Shown: positions 1-8,161 of the stretch, piece after piece
Position numbering within the stretch: the stretch's first letter is position 1
How the letters are laid out: each line of letters opens with the position of its first letter
DNA from: an uncultured Bacillales bacterium
Lineage (GTDB): Bacteria; Bacillota_I; Bacilli_A; RFN20; CAG-288
Direction of reading: 5' to 3'
DNA: 64,000 nt
NCBI GenBank assembly: GCA_937874465.1
Contig: CALNAX010000069.1
Coordinates: 8,669 to 72,668, forward strand
Made by a program: the position numbers and the translations under genes
The notes under the pieces: model-generated
Told to the model about the DNA's origin: nothing
Database searches by the model: none
The model's input: the letters and a program-made list of their open reading frames with translations, nothing else

Positions 1-587
1 GGCTTCCTGTCTCTCAGGAAAGCGGTCAGGACATGGTCTTCCAAATCCCGGCAGTCATGGCAGTCCATCCAGGAATAGAGGATGGTCACCGGCTCGGCGC
101 TGTCTATAAGGGCCTTTACGTTCCCAAACGTTTTGAGGCTATCTGCCGTAAAGCCTTGGGCCATTCGGCCGTGGTAGGCGGGTACCAAGTCCGTATCGTT
201 GGCAATGCGAAGGTTGGAATAGGTAGACCTTGAAAGGAATTCGGAAGCGAATTCGTCCGGTTCCTTCTCCAGCATCTGGTCCGTGAACTCCACCTTGCCC
301 AGACTTACGGCGATGCCAGTGGGGAAGGAGAAGATGGTCGGGAGGCCCAACTCCTTCAACTTGGCCTGGCTGATCTTCTCGTATTCGCCATAGTAAGCCA
401 CCTCGGCTATGAAAAGGCCCTTCTCCTTTATCGTCGGCTCCAGATAGGCCTTGAGCCTTTCGCAACGCGGGCATCTTGAGCCGGTGACGAAGACCAGTAG
501 GTCATAGCCATGTTCTATAAAGGTCAGCATCTGGTTAGCCGTCAGCCTGATAAGGCCATCCGCTTGGTCCTTGCCATAGATAAGCAT
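1..587 (-). CDS. thioredoxin-fold protein with two CxxC motifs (start inside the window, 3' end runs off the window edge)
   Basis: The minus-strand frame is open from the window edge to the ATG at 587-585. It is absent from the ORF track because no stop lies in the window. Hand translation gives MLIYGKDQADGLIRLTANQMLTFIEHGYDLLVFVTGSRCPRCERLKAYLEP...PVTILYSWMDCHDCRDLEDHVLTAF, which contains two CxxC units. AAAGGAG lies 9 nt upstream of the ATG. The gene begins 17 nt after the ackA stop, so it is probably co-transcribed. Confidence 0.6.
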   Translation of the reverse strand, partial: MLIYGKDQADGLIRLTANQMLTFIEHGYDLLVFVTGSRCPRCERLKAYLEPTIKEKGLFIAEVAYYGEYEKISQAKLKELGLPTIFSFPTGIAVSLGKVEFTDQMLEKEPDEFASEFLSRSTYSNLRIANDTDLVPAYHGRMAQGFTADSLKTFGNVKALIDSAEPVTILYSWMDCHDCRDLEDHVLTAFLRDRK

Positions 588-604
588 CCGTTGGAACTCC
601 TTTC

Positions 605-1804
605 TTACCTTAACTTGAGAGTCTTTGCCGCATCACGGGCTATTATGTACTCTTCGTCGGTCGGGATGACCACCATTTGCACTTTGGAACCGGGTGCCGA
701 TATTATCCCTTCCTTGCCATTGAGGGTCGTTCCATTTGCCCTGGAATCGATTAAGGTACCCAAAGACTCCTGCAAGGCCTTTGCCAGGGAGGCCCTTAGG
801 TAAGGAGCGTTCTCGAAGATCCCGCCGCCGAACACCAAACTGTCCAATCCACCTAGCTTGACGAAATAGGAGCCGATGCAGTCCGCAATCCTCTCGATGA
901 AAATCTTGCCCGCCAGGATGGCATCCTGATTTCCCTCGTCGATGGCCTTTTTCACTTCCTGCCAATCGCCCGAGACCCCGGATACGCCTAAAAGACCTGA
1001 TTCCCGGTTTAGCTTGGACTCCAGGTCTTGGGGCCTCATGCCCGTCTTTTCCAACAGGAAGGTGACCACTGATGGATCCAGGTCACCGGACCTTGTGCTC
1101 ATCATGATCCCGCCCAGGGGGGTGAGACCCATGGAAGTGGCGATGCAGACTCCGTCCCTGAAGGCTGAGAGAGAAGCGCCGGAACCGATCTGCATGGTTA
1201 TCAGTCTGCCTTTGGTGGTCTTCATGTACTTTTCGTAGCAGCGCGAACTAAGGTATTCATGGGCTAGCCCATGGGCGCCGTAGCGCCTGATGTCATAGGC
1301 TTTGGAAAGTTTCAATGGGATGGGAAAATATTTCTCCTCATCGGGAAGGTTGACGAAAAGGGAGGTATCGAAGACCGCCACATGGCCGACCCAAGCCGGA
1401 AGGGCCTTGGCAAACTCACGGTAGACCGCAAGGCTTAGGGGGTTATGGAGCGGCGCCCAGGTCGAAAGGTCATTGATCTTGCGCACGGTTTCCCGATCCA
1501 TCACGGCGGGCTTGGCGAAGAACGGCCCCCCTTGGACAACCCTATGTCCGACGTAGGCTATCGAGCCGAAAGGCCTGCATATCTCTTCGACCTTGGCCAC
1601 CAAGGGCTTGATGGCGGTTAACAAAGTTAGGCCCGGCAACGATTCCTCCTGGGGTTCTTCCTGGCCCACGGCGGCAAGCAGGGTGACTCCCTTTCGGACC
1701 TTGTTAACCTTGAATGCGGCGAGGAAAAAGAGACCAGGCAAAGAATACAGTTTGGCTTTAATGGAACCAGAGCCGGCATTGACGGCAAGGATCAGGTCTC
1801 CCAT
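605..1804 (-). CDS. ackA: acetate kinase
   Basis: Track ORF 605..1816. Signatures are AVNAGSGSIK, RYGAHGLAHEY and GSGASLSAFRDG..SMGLTPLGGIMMSTRSGDLDP. Start moved to ATG 1804 because the first codon in the track is TTG and GGGGGA precedes the ATG. Confidence 0.93.
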   Translation of the reverse strand: MGDLILAVNAGSGSIKAKLYSLPGLFFLAAFKVNKVRKGVTLLAAVGQEEPQEESLPGLTLLTAIKPLVAKVEEICRPFGSIAYVGHRVVQGGPFFAKPAVMDRETVRKINDLSTWAPLHNPLSLAVYREFAKALPAWVGHVAVFDTSLFVNLPDEEKYFPIPLKLSKAYDIRRYGAHGLAHEYLSSRCYEKYMKTTKGRLITMQIGSGASLSAFRDGVCIATSMGLTPLGGIMMSTRSGDLDPSVVTFLLEKTGMRPQDLESKLNRESGLLGVSGVSGDWQEVKKAIDEGNQDAILAGKIFIERIADCIGSYFVKLGGLDSLVFGGGIFENAPYLRASLAKALQESLGTLIDSRANGTTLNGKEGIISAPGSKVQMVVIPTDEEYIIARDAAKTLKLR

Positions 1805-1993
1805 GTTATCCCCCAACTTTTTGGAAATTATACCATCGGCCTGGCGGAAACTGGCATCGGCAACGTTTTTTGCCTAACGCGGATTATTGTGGAAATATTA
1901 AACAACCCCATTAAATAGAACAAAAATGTGTAAGTGCTTTCCGTCAAATGAATGACAAGTCCGATTATATATCATGAAAAAGACCGGTTAACC

Positions 1994-2021
1994 TTGTTTT
2001 ATGAAGGCGAAAATCTATAAT
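1994..2021 (+). promoter_or_regulatory. candidate sigma-70-type promoter of glgB-glgP
   Basis: TTGTTT (1994-1999), a 16-nt spacer, then TATAAT (2016-2021), in an AT-rich divergent intergenic region. Confidence 0.45.
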
Positions 2022-2058
2022 TTAAGTAGTCTATGTAACCGTGCATAGGGGGGACAAT

Positions 2059-4017
2059 ATGTCAGAGCAATGGTTCTACGATTACCTTAACGGGAAATGC
2101 AGCGACTGCTATAGGTACTTTGGTGCCCATCCTGTGAAAGGGGAAAATGGCGAAAAGAAGGGCTATGTCTTCCGGGTATATGCCCCGTTGGCCCAAAAGG
2201 TAGAGCTGATTGGCGATTTCAATGGCTGGCTGGCCGGAAAGAACCCGATGAAGAGAGTGGATCCGTTGGGCCTTTGGGAAGTGAGCGTGCCTATGGCGGA
2301 ATGTGGCCAACGCTACAAATACCACCTGCAGGGCCAGGATGGCTTTTGGCGCGACAAGGCCGATCCGGTGGGCTTCTTGATGGAGAAGGCCCCTGGTTCC
2401 TGCTCCCTTGTATACGACCTTGGGGGATATGAGTTCCATGACCAGGACTGGATGAGCCAAAGGGATCGCAATTTCGATAAGGCGATGTCGATCTACGAGA
2501 TGCACATCGGGAGCTGGCGGGGCAAGGAAGGGAACTACCTGGTGAGGTATGAGGATCTGGCCGATGCCCTTATCAAGTATTGTCACGACATGGGCTACAC
2601 CCATGTCGAGTTCATGCCGCTGACTTCCTATCCTTATGACGGAAGCTGGGGCTATCAAGCCACCGGCTACTTTGCGGCTGATTCCAGATATGGGGTGCCA
2701 AAAGGCCTGATGCAACTTGTCGATGAACTACACCAGGCCAACATCGGCGTGATCCTGGACATGGTCCCGGTGCACTTCGCCCTCGACCCGTATGGCCTTG
2801 AGAAGTTCGATGGCTCCAATGTCTATGAATACAGCGGGGACATGGAATACTCCCAGTGGGGCAGCAAGAACTTCGACCTTGGCAAGGACCCGGTCCGCTC
2901 GTTCCTCATTTCCTCGGCCGATTTCTTCCTTTCCCTGTTTCACTTCGACGGCATCAGGATCGACGCGGTCTCCAACATCATCTTCACCCAGGGGGATCCC
3001 AGCCGTGGCAAGAACCTGGGCGGCATCGAGTTTGCGCGGCGGCTTAACGATACCATCCATCAGCGCCATCCCACCGTCATGACCATAGCCGAGGACTCGA
3101 CCGCCTTCACCGATGTCACCAAGGGGTTCAAGCCTGACGGCCTCCACTTCGACTACAAATGGGACTTGGGCTGGATGAACGATACGCTTAAGTACTACGG
3201 GAAGGATCCGGTTTACAAGAAGTTCGCCCACAACCAGATAACCTTCTCGATGATGTATTACTATTCCGAGAACTTCCTCCTGCCACTGTCCCATGACGAG
3301 GTGGTGCACGGCAAGGGCACGATCCTAAACAAGATGTGGGGGAACTACGATCAAAAGTTCGCCCTCATCAGGAACCTTTATTCATATATGTTTGCCCATC
3401 CGGGCAAGAAGCTCAACTTCATGGGCAATGAGTTTGGCACCATCGAGGAATGGGACGAGAAGAAGGGCCTTCAGTGGGATCTTTTGAACTATCCCAAGCA
3501 CAGCGGGCTGCAGCGCCTGACGCGTGACTTGAACCGCATCTATTCCTATCACCCCGCCATGCATCTTGGCGAATACGACCCTTATTCCTTCCAGTGGATC
3601 ATGGCCGACGATGCGGCCCAGTCCGTGTTGGTCTTCCGCAGGAGTGCCGGAAACGAGACCATGGTCTTCGTGTTCAACATGACACCCAACTTCTATTCCT
3701 ATTATGACATCGGGGTCCCCTTCGACGGGGAATGGGCCGAGATCTTCAACAGCGACAAGGCCATATACGGCGGCCTGAACCAGTTCAACGGCATTCCCCT
3801 TAAGGCCACCAACAATCCCCTTCAGGGCCAGCCTTTCAGGATCACCATCAGGCTCGCGCCCTTCGGCGCCCTGTTCCTGACCCATGTCGATGCCAATAAC
3901 CGCGACACCAAGGAGATAAAGGAGAACACGACCGCCAAGCCGGCCGAGGAGACCGTCGAGGTCAATCTGAACAAGGACGTGAAGATCATCACCAACAAGA
4001 ATCGCTCGATGAGTTAA
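2059..4017 (+). CDS. glgB: 1,4-alpha-glucan (glycogen) branching enzyme
   Basis: GH13 motifs EFMPLTSYPYDGSWGYQATGYFA, GVILDMVPVHF, DGIRIDAVS, IAEDST and PLSHDEVVHGKG. ATG 2059 follows the AGGGGGGA RBS. The track start at 2041 is GTG. Confidence 0.93.
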   Translation: MSEQWFYDYLNGKCSDCYRYFGAHPVKGENGEKKGYVFRVYAPLAQKVELIGDFNGWLAGKNPMKRVDPLGLWEVSVPMAECGQRYKYHLQGQDGFWRDKADPVGFLMEKAPGSCSLVYDLGGYEFHDQDWMSQRDRNFDKAMSIYEMHIGSWRGKEGNYLVRYEDLADALIKYCHDMGYTHVEFMPLTSYPYDGSWGYQATGYFAADSRYGVPKGLMQLVDELHQANIGVILDMVPVHFALDPYGLEKFDGSNVYEYSGDMEYSQWGSKNFDLGKDPVRSFLISSADFFLSLFHFDGIRIDAVSNIIFTQGDPSRGKNLGGIEFARRLNDTIHQRHPTVMTIAEDSTAFTDVTKGFKPDGLHFDYKWDLGWMNDTLKYYGKDPVYKKFAHNQITFSMMYYYSENFLLPLSHDEVVHGKGTILNKMWGNYDQKFALIRNLYSYMFAHPGKKLNFMGNEFGTIEEWDEKKGLQWDLLNYPKHSGLQRLTRDLNRIYSYHPAMHLGEYDPYSFQWIMADDAAQSVLVFRRSAGNETMVFVFNMTPNFYSYYDIGVPFDGEWAEIFNSDKAIYGGLNQFNGIPLKATNNPLQGQPFRITIRLAPFGALFLTHVDANNRDTKEIKENTTAKPAEETVEVNLNKDVKIITNKNRSMS

Positions 4018-4091
4018 ATAATTAAGTGAGTTTGATTCTTATGCTAAAATCGTTTGGTGTCGTTTCCGAATAATACCGCGGAGGAAGGAAA

Positions 4092-6512
4092 ATGAGCAAT
4101 CTATTTGCTGACAAGACGACATTCGAGAAGGGATTCCAGGACAGGGCTGTGGCCCGCTTCGCCAGGGACGTGAAAGACCTTAGCGATGGCGACTGCTTCC
4201 AGGTCCTCGGCAACATGGTAAAGGACGAGGCCAACTACGAATGCAAGGCCTGCAAGGACGAAGTGAAGGGAACCGGGAGCAAGCAGTTGATCTACTTCTC
4301 GATGGAATTCCTCTTGGGAAGGTTGATGCGTACCAACCTCATCAACCTTGGGGTCTATGACTTGGTCGCTTCCGGCCTCCAGGACATGGGCCGCAATCTC
4401 GACGCCATCCTGGAGCAGGAACCGGATGCCGGCTTGGGCAATGGCGGTTTGGGCCGTCTGGCCGCCTGCTTCATGGATTCCATCGCCTCTTTGGGCCTGC
4501 CTGGCCACGGCAACACCCTTCGCTATGACTATGGCTTCTTCAAGCAGGTGATCAGGAACGACAAGCAGGAAGAGGTGCCTGACCTTTGGCTCGTCAACGG
4601 CTATGTCTGGGAGACCAAGAAGCCCAACCAAGCCGTCGACGTGCAGCTTTACGGCAACGCCGAGGCCTATACCGATCCCCAGACCGGCTACATCCGCTAT
4701 CGGACCGCCAACGCCGTCCATGTGACCGCGATTCCCTGCGATGTCGACATAATCGGCTATCACAACAAGGTCGTGAATACCCTTCGTCTTTGGGAAGCCG
4801 AGCCTTCCGATGCCTCCCTTCCCTCCAACCAGGACTTCGCCGGCTATCTCAGGTTCGTCAAGGATATTACCCACTGCCTTTATCCCGATGATTCCACCGA
4901 GGCCGGGAAGTTGCTCCGTCTCCGTCAGGAGTACTTCCTCGCCTCGGCGGGCATCCAGTCCGCGATAAGGAAACACAAGCAGCTGTTTGGCGATCTCCAT
5001 TCCCTGCCGGAGCATTGGGTCTTCCATCTCAATGACTCCCACCCCATAATCGCCATCCCCGAACTGATAAGGATCCTGATCGATGAGGAGGGCTTCTCCT
5101 GGGAGGATGCCTATGGCATCGCCACCAAGTGCTTCGCCTTCACCAACCACACCGTTATGGCCGAAGCCTTGGAAAAGTGGCCGGTCAACTACCTGGCCCA
5201 GCTTTGCCCCCGCGTCTACATGATAATCGAGGAGATCAACCGTCGGGCCATCTTGGCTTTGCGGGCCAAGCACATCCCCGAATCGACCATCCAGAACGTC
5301 TCGATAATCAAGGATGGCATGGTCAGGATGTGCAATATGGCGGTCACCGTCGCCTTTAGCGTTAACGGTGTCGCTTCCCTCCACACCCAGATCTTGGAGC
5401 GCGAGACCTTCCATGACTTCTATACCCTCACACCCGAGAAATTCAACAACAAGACCAACGGCATCACCCATCGTCGCTTCCTGCTTGCGGCCAACCCCGG
5501 ACTCGCTTCTCTGCTGGAAGAGAAGATCGGCGACAACTTCATCACCGACCCCGTCAATGGCTTCAAGAGATTCCTCGCTTTCAAGGACGATTCCGACACT
5601 TTGACAAGGCTCTACCAGATAAAGCAGGTCAACAAGGCTGTCGTGGTCAAGTATGTCAAAGACCATAACGGGGTCGAGATCGATCCCAATTCCATCTTCG
5701 ACGTCCAGATCAAGCGCCTTCATGCCTACAAGCGCCAGCTACTCAACGTCTTCAGGATCATTCACCTCTACAAGAGAATGAAGTCCGATCCCTCCTTCCG
5801 CATCTATCCCCGCACCTTCATCTTCGGTGCCAAGGCCGCTCCTTCCTACACGTTGGCCAAGTCGATTATCGAGTTGATTAACGTCGTGGCCAGCAAGGTC
5901 AACGGCGATCCCGAGACCAACAAGTACCTCAAGGTCGTCTTCCTCGAGAACTATGGCGTCTCCACTGCCGAGATGCTGATTCCCGCCTCGGATGTCTCAG
6001 AGCAGATCTCCACCGCCGGCAAGGAGGCCTCGGGCACTTCCAACATGAAGTTCATGATGAACGGTGCCATTACCCTGGGTACCCTGGATGGCGCCAACGT
6101 CGAGATCAGCCAATTGGTCGGGCAGGACAATGCCGTGATCTTCGGCAAGCATGCCGACGAGCTCGACAAGATCCGCTACGATGGCAGCTACCATCCTTGG
6201 GATGTCTATAACGCCGATCCCCGGGTCAAGCAGGTCGTCGATTCCCTCGTCGATGGTTCCTTCGACCCCAACCCCAACCGGTTCAAGATCATCTTCGACG
6301 ACCTCATGTACCGGGGCGATGAGTTCTTCGTCCTGCTCGACTTCGCTTCCTACCTCAAGGCTTCCAAGCTTATCGAGACCAAGTACTTGGAGCGCGAGGG
6401 CTGGGAGAAGTCCTGCCTGGTGAACATCGCCGAGTCCGGTTACTTCTCCTCCGATCGCACCATAAGCGAATACAACCGCGACATCTGGCATCTCAGTCCA
6501 ATCAAGCTTTGA
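4092..6512 (+). CDS. glgP: glycogen/maltodextrin phosphorylase
   Basis: EPDAGLGNGGLGRLAACFMDS, TNHTVMAEALEKW and the PLP-lysine region GKEASGTSNMKFMMNGA; 806 aa; GGAGGAAGGA RBS. Confidence 0.95.
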   Translation: MSNLFADKTTFEKGFQDRAVARFARDVKDLSDGDCFQVLGNMVKDEANYECKACKDEVKGTGSKQLIYFSMEFLLGRLMRTNLINLGVYDLVASGLQDMGRNLDAILEQEPDAGLGNGGLGRLAACFMDSIASLGLPGHGNTLRYDYGFFKQVIRNDKQEEVPDLWLVNGYVWETKKPNQAVDVQLYGNAEAYTDPQTGYIRYRTANAVHVTAIPCDVDIIGYHNKVVNTLRLWEAEPSDASLPSNQDFAGYLRFVKDITHCLYPDDSTEAGKLLRLRQEYFLASAGIQSAIRKHKQLFGDLHSLPEHWVFHLNDSHPIIAIPELIRILIDEEGFSWEDAYGIATKCFAFTNHTVMAEALEKWPVNYLAQLCPRVYMIIEEINRRAILALRAKHIPESTIQNVSIIKDGMVRMCNMAVTVAFSVNGVASLHTQILERETFHDFYTLTPEKFNNKTNGITHRRFLLAANPGLASLLEEKIGDNFITDPVNGFKRFLAFKDDSDTLTRLYQIKQVNKAVVVKYVKDHNGVEIDPNSIFDVQIKRLHAYKRQLLNVFRIIHLYKRMKSDPSFRIYPRTFIFGAKAAPSYTLAKSIIELINVVASKVNGDPETNKYLKVVFLENYGVSTAEMLIPASDVSEQISTAGKEASGTSNMKFMMNGAITLGTLDGANVEISQLVGQDNAVIFGKHADELDKIRYDGSYHPWDVYNADPRVKQVVDSLVDGSFDPNPNRFKIIFDDLMYRGDEFFVLLDFASYLKASKLIETKYLEREGWEKSCLVNIAESGYFSSDRTISEYNRDIWHLSPIKL

Positions 6513-6529
6513 CAGTGAAGTCCTGTAAA

Positions 6530-6556
6530 GGGGCGGCTTTGGCCGCTCCTTTTTCT
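6530..6556 (+). terminator. intrinsic terminator after glgP
   Basis: GGGGCGGC-TTTG-GCCGCTCC hairpin (8 bp including one G-U pair) followed by TTTTTCTTT, 18 nt after the glgP stop. Confidence 0.7.
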
Positions 6557-6588
6557 TTGCGCCGGTCCTTTTGCGGTCTCCTTCCGGA

Positions 6589-6617
6589 TTGAATTAGCCC
6601 AAGTCCGAGAGTAAACT
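6589..6617 (+). promoter_or_regulatory. candidate promoter of tig
   Basis: TTGAAT, a 17-nt spacer, then TAAACT, about 50 nt upstream of the tig ATG. Confidence 0.35.
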
Positions 6618-6664
6618 ATACAAGCATCCAATGAGCCTTCATTGGCTATTTTCCGGAGGGAAAG

Positions 6665-8020
6665 ATGGAACATACTTACGCGGTGAAAGATGGCGATTTG
6701 GTAGTGACCGTTTCTAGCAGCAAGGAAGAACTTTCCAAAATCGAGGGCAAGGCCATCAGGTCCTTGGCCCAGGGCGTGACCGTCAGGGGCTTCCGCAAGG
6801 GCAAGGCTCCGTTGGAATTGGCCCTGCCGTTGATCGACAAGGAAGAGCTGAACGATGTTTTCACCCGTAAACTCATCGATGCCGCCTTCAAGTCCTACGT
6901 CGAGGATATCGCCTTGCTCGAACAGATCGACAAATCGGTACCCGTCGGGGTTGTCCCCAGCGTGCAGATTCCCGCTCCCAAGGATGGAAGCAAGGTCATA
7001 TTCTCCTATCCGGTAAAGCCGCAGGTCGAAAAGCTTGGCGCCTATACAAAGATAAAGACCGGAGTCAAGAAGGCCGAAGTGACCGACAAGGAGATCCAGG
7101 CCGAGTTGGCCAAGATGGCCAAAGACCTCTCGGACTTGGTGCCCGTCAGTGAGCCCATCGCCAACGGCAACTATGCCAACTGCGATATCAAGGGCTCGAT
7201 AAACGGGATCGAGAATCCCACCCTTTCCGAGAAGGCCTTGGACGTCGTGGTAGGGGCCAAGAAGTTCATCCCCGGCTTCGAGGACAAGCTCCTGGGCCAT
7301 AAGGCCGGCGAAGACTTGAAGATCGAAGCCGTCCTGCCCGACAACTATCCGGCTGACGTGGCAGGGAAGACCGCGGTGTTCAACGTCAAGATCAATTCCG
7401 TTAAGAAGGAGGAGGTCCCGGCGATCGACGATTCCCTGGCTACGACCCAGGACATCTATCCTGATGTCAAGAACCTGGCTGAGCTCAAGGAGAAGGTCAA
7501 GGCCGCTTTGGTAACCAAGAACGAGAGCTCCTTCAAGGACCAGAAGTTTGGGGCCGTGATAACCAAGGTCGTTTCCGATTCCAAGTTCGTCATCGATGAA
7601 GCCAAGCTCAAGCCCTTGCTTGTCGAGAACCAGCGCAAGGAAGACGAGAAGACCTTGTCTCAACAGGGGCTGGACCTAAACACCTACCTCCGTCTGATAA
7701 AGATGACCAAGGAACAGTATGAGACCAATGTCTATAGCAACCTTATAGCCAGGCTGAAGGTCGAGGCCGTCGAGGACGCCATCTTCAAGGATGCCAAGCT
7801 CAAGGAGCCTACCCCCGAAGAACTCGCTCAGGTCGCCAAGAAGGGCGGCATACCCGATCTCGATTCCTTCAAGAAGGACCTTGCCAAACAGTATCTGGCG
7901 CACAACAAGAAGGCCAGCCAACCGGAGGCCGACGAATTCGTCAAGGAACAGCTTGATCCCGTATACAAGCAGGCCTACCTGGACAAAGTCGTGAGTTTCG
8001 TACTTGCCAATAGCGATTAG
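6665..8020 (+). CDS. tig: trigger factor
   Basis: N-terminal ribosome-binding signature VRGFRKGKAP, a central FKBP-like region (GKTAVFNVKINSV) and a long acidic/lysine-rich C-terminal arm; 451 aa; GGAGGGAAAG RBS. Confidence 0.9.
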   Translation: MEHTYAVKDGDLVVTVSSSKEELSKIEGKAIRSLAQGVTVRGFRKGKAPLELALPLIDKEELNDVFTRKLIDAAFKSYVEDIALLEQIDKSVPVGVVPSVQIPAPKDGSKVIFSYPVKPQVEKLGAYTKIKTGVKKAEVTDKEIQAELAKMAKDLSDLVPVSEPIANGNYANCDIKGSINGIENPTLSEKALDVVVGAKKFIPGFEDKLLGHKAGEDLKIEAVLPDNYPADVAGKTAVFNVKINSVKKEEVPAIDDSLATTQDIYPDVKNLAELKEKVKAALVTKNESSFKDQKFGAVITKVVSDSKFVIDEAKLKPLLVENQRKEDEKTLSQQGLDLNTYLRLIKMTKEQYETNVYSNLIARLKVEAVEDAIFKDAKLKEPTPEELAQVAKKGGIPDLDSFKKDLAKQYLAHNKKASQPEADEFVKEQLDPVYKQAYLDKVVSFVLANSD

Positions 8021-8043
8021 CACTCTATAATAGAGACTGCTAG
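8004..8043 (+). promoter_or_regulatory. lon promoter overlapped by a CIRCE-like (HrcA operator) inverted repeat
   Basis: TTAGCACTC (8017-8025), 9 nt, then GACTGCTAG (8035-8043), versus the consensus TTAGCACTC-N9-GAGTGCTAA (16/18 match). TTGCCA (8004-8009), 16 nt, then TATAAT (8026-8031); the -10 box lies in the CIRCE spacer. The left arm contains the tig TAG stop. Confidence 0.7.
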
Positions 8044-8161
8044 GAGATGTCCGACCCTCTTGGCTTTGGGGTTTGTGCCGGACCCGGTGCGAAAAGCGTA
8101 GCTTTTTGCATTGCTTTGCAATGCTGGTAAGATTAAAGCCAGAGAAAGAGGAGGTGTCATC

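Noticed and set aside
1929-1942. cre-like (CcpA) site TGTAAGTGCTTTCC between ackA and glgB
   Set aside because: It has two or more mismatches to the cre consensus, including the central CG. By eye it is not distinguishable from chance in an AT-rich intergenic region.
4101-5723. 540-aa minus-strand ORF opposite glgP. Similar cases are 6440..7663 opposite tig, 9137..10588 opposite lon, 29236..30465 opposite ruvB, 31654..32733 opposite secDF, 35535..36596, 37692..38819 opposite ftsA, 39042..40003 opposite ftsZ and 62343..63251 opposite pyk.
   Set aside because: All lie antisense to, or frame-shifted over, genes with clear family signatures. None shows a motif, an RBS or plausible composition.
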